In this document: positions 60,316-64,000 of the stretch, piece by piece | Layout of the letters: each line of letters opens with the position of its first letter | How positions within the stretch are numbered: position 1 is the first letter of the stretch | Source: Azolla caroliniana | Lineage: Eukaryota; Plantae; Polypodiophyta | Length of the DNA: 64,000 bases | Assembly: GCA_043228905.1 (NCBI GenBank) | Contig: JBHGNT010000020.1 | Span: forward strand, 4,836,001 to 4,900,000 | Reading direction: 5' to 3' | The notes under the pieces: generated by a model | The model's database searches: none | What the model saw: the letters and a program-made list of their open reading frames with translations, nothing else | What the model was told of the DNA's origin: nothing | Translations under genes and position numbers: made by a program

Positions 60316-63300
60316 TCTATCGTTCCATATGAATACATTAATCTAATCTTAACACTCTGAGAAGTGCTAGGGATCGCGACAAAAGAAATTTCATGAAGTG
60401 ATCATTGATATGATTCGGAGAAAAGGACAACTGGTTGAAGAAACGGGTGGAGTAAATACCATCATGATACAGGAGGAAGATGAAGATATGGAGACTGCAT
60501 TGTTAGCCAGGGTACGGAGTGCTGACACACAACGTAGTCATGAAGAGTAACGAAGCCATTACACCCACACACACTGGGCTCGAGTGACAACCGAGGCTCC
60601 AGTCGGAATTGGGGATCAGGTGGAACCATGTGTGGCACTCACCGACCATGGCTCCGAGATAAATATCATACCGTCTGATTTTTACAATCACGGGAGATGG
60701 CCAATTGAAAGGAACCACCGTTGGAAGGTGAGAGCAGCGACTGAGGTCGTGGAGGATTGATGTGGCGCATGCCCAAATATTAAAGTTACAATTGGGGACA
60801 TGTCAGTAGATCAAAACTTCTTTGTCCAAGAGAAGTCATTTTATCCAATAATCCTAGGGCAACCGTACATCATAGTAGTACAAATGGAGACTAAAGTGAT
60901 TGATAACGGAGCGACATTTGCCAGGATTTGAAGCTAGGATGGGAAGAGGTCGGTACAATTCCTTACAAAAAGGAGTTGTGATGGCCCGAGGGAGGTAAGA
61001 AGCCTCATTCATAGCATTCAAGATAAAGGTAAATTATATGTTGCGTCGATACATGGCGCAACTATAATAGAACATTTCAAAGGAATGAAATTCCGAAAAA
61101 TAGAAAAAGAATTACAAGGTAGAGGTATGATAGATTCAGAAGAAAAATTAGTGAATATATTTGAAGAATATTGTTTTCAAGATATAATAGGAAAGTTGGA
61201 GTCTCTAATGAAGAAAGATGATGAAGTTGAAGTTGTGGTAAATTCCATCGAGCTATTCAAAACCATCAAGGAGTATGTTCAAAATGAAGAAGCTCGAATA
61301 AACACAAAGTACAAAGCAGTGGAGAAGAAGGTCCGGCCAGCAACAACACCACTTCCAGAAGACGGTGAAAAGATAATGAAGGAGGTGTCAACTGAGCCAA
61401 TTCGTCAAGATCAAAAGAGAATTGGGCACAAATTCACGGAAGAAACAATTACAGAACTAAGAATTGGAAGGGGGACTTCCTAACGCCTACGGAAGAAGCA
61501 AAATTTAGAAAAATTCTAGGGTGGCACAGGAAACCATTCTCCTTCAACCCTAAACAAATTGGATGTGTGGATCCAAAAGTAGTTGAACCAATGGTCATCT
61601 TCACGATCCCACACATTCCATGGAATCTGAAGTCAATCCTAGTGCCAAGAGCAAGGATACCGCAATTAATCGAGCTTCTAAAAGAGAAAATGAAGATGGG
61701 CATCTTGGAACCATCAAACACTCCATACTCGAGTAGATGGTTTACGATGCAAAAGAAGGATGGGCGACTTCAATTCAATGAAGACATGCAACCTATGAAT
61801 CAAGCTACTATCTGGAATTCAGGAGTGGGGCTGATAGTAGATGAGTTTGCAGAGATGTTCGTCGGAAGCGCGATCTACTCCATGTGTGATCTCTACTCCG
61901 GCTACAACTAGTTCCAGCTTCCAGTCGGTAGTTGAGATATCACCTCTATTAGGACTCATATTGGATTACTTCGGATGTGCACCCTACCTCAAGGTGCGAC
62001 CAACTCGGTCACTCACATGATGAATGGTATGCATAAAGTTCTCCGAGATTTTATTCCTCACATAACCATGCCTTTCTTGGATGATATACCCATTAAAGGA
62101 TGCGAGGAAAGAATGAAGAATGAAGAATTGGATAGTGGTAGATGTCGGAAGTTCTTCTGGGATCACGTAGAAGATTGTGATAAAGTGCTTTCAAGACTAG
62201 AGGAGGTACACCTAACACTTTTGGCTCGAAAATCAATATTTGGGGTTCAAGAAGTACTAGTGGTAGGACATATGTGTGGGCCATACGGAAGGAAGCCAGC
62301 ACCAGCGAAGATCAATGCAATACAGAATACGAAAGAGGAATGCAACTCTGTATTTGAAGTTCGGAGGTTCTTGGGTGCATGTTGTGTCTTCTATTGTAGG
62401 TGGATTCCACATTATGCCCACATATCAGATCCATTGTATCGACTATTAAGAAAAGGGGAAGCATTCAAATGGACAGAAGAACACTCAAATGCAATTAGAA
62501 GACTGAAGGAGAATTTGGCACAAGCTCCTACTTTGAAACAACCTGACTACACCCGACTGATAATCCTCACAGTTGATTAAAGTCCGATTGGAATCGGGTG
62601 GGTGATAAGCCAACAAGATAAGGAAGGAGAAAGACATCCGATTCGATTTGGTGCGAAGGTACTTAGTGGACGTCAGGGAAATTACGCGCAAGTGAAGAGA
62701 GAGCTTTGGGGGATAGTCATTGCTATCAAGACGGATAGGGACTATCTGGTTGGTGCTGAGGTGATTGTGGAGACAGATTGCTTGCTAGTTCTTGGGATTA
62801 TTGCAAATTGTAATATTCCAGACCAAGCAATGCTTAGGTGATGTGTCTACATCAAAACCATCAACCCAGATGTTCGACATATATATGGTGAGAAGAATCC
62901 AATGGCTATAATGTTATCCAGAGCGAAATATTGAAAAGAGGAAGTAGCAGAATCAGATAGCCATGAAGAAGAATAAGCTTTAGTCATAAATGCAATTAGA
63001 GGGGGTGAGCAACATGAAGAATATGAGTTTAAAGAAGAAAAGTATAACGAAGAGTTTAAGGAAATCGAGAAGTATCTACAAGCACCATGGAAGGAAGGAA
63101 CTTGGAGTCGGAGAAACTTCTCAAATTTCCGAAAGAAGGCACACCGATTTTTTTTGCATCAAGGTTACTTTTGGAAGCACCCAGAGTATAAAATGGGAAA
63201 TCCACATCAGGTTATCTGTGACCAAGTGTAGCGGGAGCAAATATTAAAGGAATTACATGACAGGGAGTGGGCTGGACACCGTGGAGTCTAGGCAACATTC

Positions 63301-64000
63301 AGTAAAATAAAGGAAAGATATTGGTCGCCAAGATTCTACAACGAAATCATGAGGTATGTTGAGACATGCCCAACCTGTCAAATCTACTCCAACATTAAGC
63401 ATAGAGATGAGTTGCACCCGACCTATTCACCGACTATACATTACAAGTTGAAAGACCTTACAAATCAAGTTGAAGGAAGAGCACTAAGATCGAAGACCAC
63501 ATCGGTAGTATTTCAATTCATATTGGAGGATATAGTATGTAGATATGGGTGTATAGGAAAGATAGTGGTTGATAGAGGCGAGCTCAATTCTGATGAAGCA
63601 AGACAGTGCTTTGATAGAATTAGAATTCGGTTATCATTGACGATGGCATATAATCTTGAGGCAAATGGAAAGATAGAAAGAGATCATAGCCAGATAGTTA
63701 AAGCACTTGCAAAGGCATGTAAAGGTAAAGTAGGTAATTGGCCGAAGGTCTTGCCATATGCATTGTGGGCGGATAGGACCACACAGAGTTCGGTGATAGG
63801 ATATACGCTGATAGAGCTCATGATAGGACAAAGGCCGATGATGCCGATTGAAGAGAAGATTGGTACATGGGCAATGTTATCATGGGAGTTAGAGATGAGT
63901 AGAGAAAACTTGCTAGTTGTTCGTATCCGACAACCACAATGTCAAGCAGAAGATGTAGAAAAGGCTACTGAGAAATTGAAGGAAGCTCGGATAAAGAACA

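Larger units (their letters stand above)
57214..64000 (+). mobile_element. Gypsy element D (tRNA-Trp primed), degenerate; runs off the window
   Basis: LTR 57214-58070 lacks ~34 nt at its 5' end. PBS at 58077, then gag, protease DHGSEIN, RT (FLDD), RNase H and integrase with many stops. Confidence 0.9.

Overview
Eukaryotic, plant-type DNA (tRNA primer sites, Copia/Gypsy families and intron signals suggest a non-seed plant such as a moss; this is inference). The window is almost entirely a stack of nested transposons, and no ordinary host gene is visible. (1) 1-8033: right part of a large Sola2-type DNA transposon with an open DDD transposase, a spliced RING-finger cargo gene whose introns hold a palindromic array and a telo-box array, and an FCP1/NIF-like ORF. 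(2) An inferred alternating nest: Sola2 in Gypsy in Sola2 in Gypsy in Copia. (3) A tRNA-Trp-primed Gypsy group (A, C, D) with a predicted -1 frameshift pseudoknot after the protease and tRNA-like cassettes inside the LTRs. (4) A very young non-chromovirus Gypsy (B2, 38761-48881) with an intact gag-pol and a large coiled-coil ORF2. (5) A non-autonomous LTR element, several Copia relics, solo LTRs and a Penelope-like RT fragment. The top candidate for an undescribed system: three LTR elements from two unrelated LTR families have no polypurine tract. Instead they carry a conserved copy of a tRNA 3' half (T-arm with an inserted hairpin, ending in CCA) directly before the 3' LTR. This is an inverted second primer-binding site and suggests tRNA-related priming of both DNA strands.
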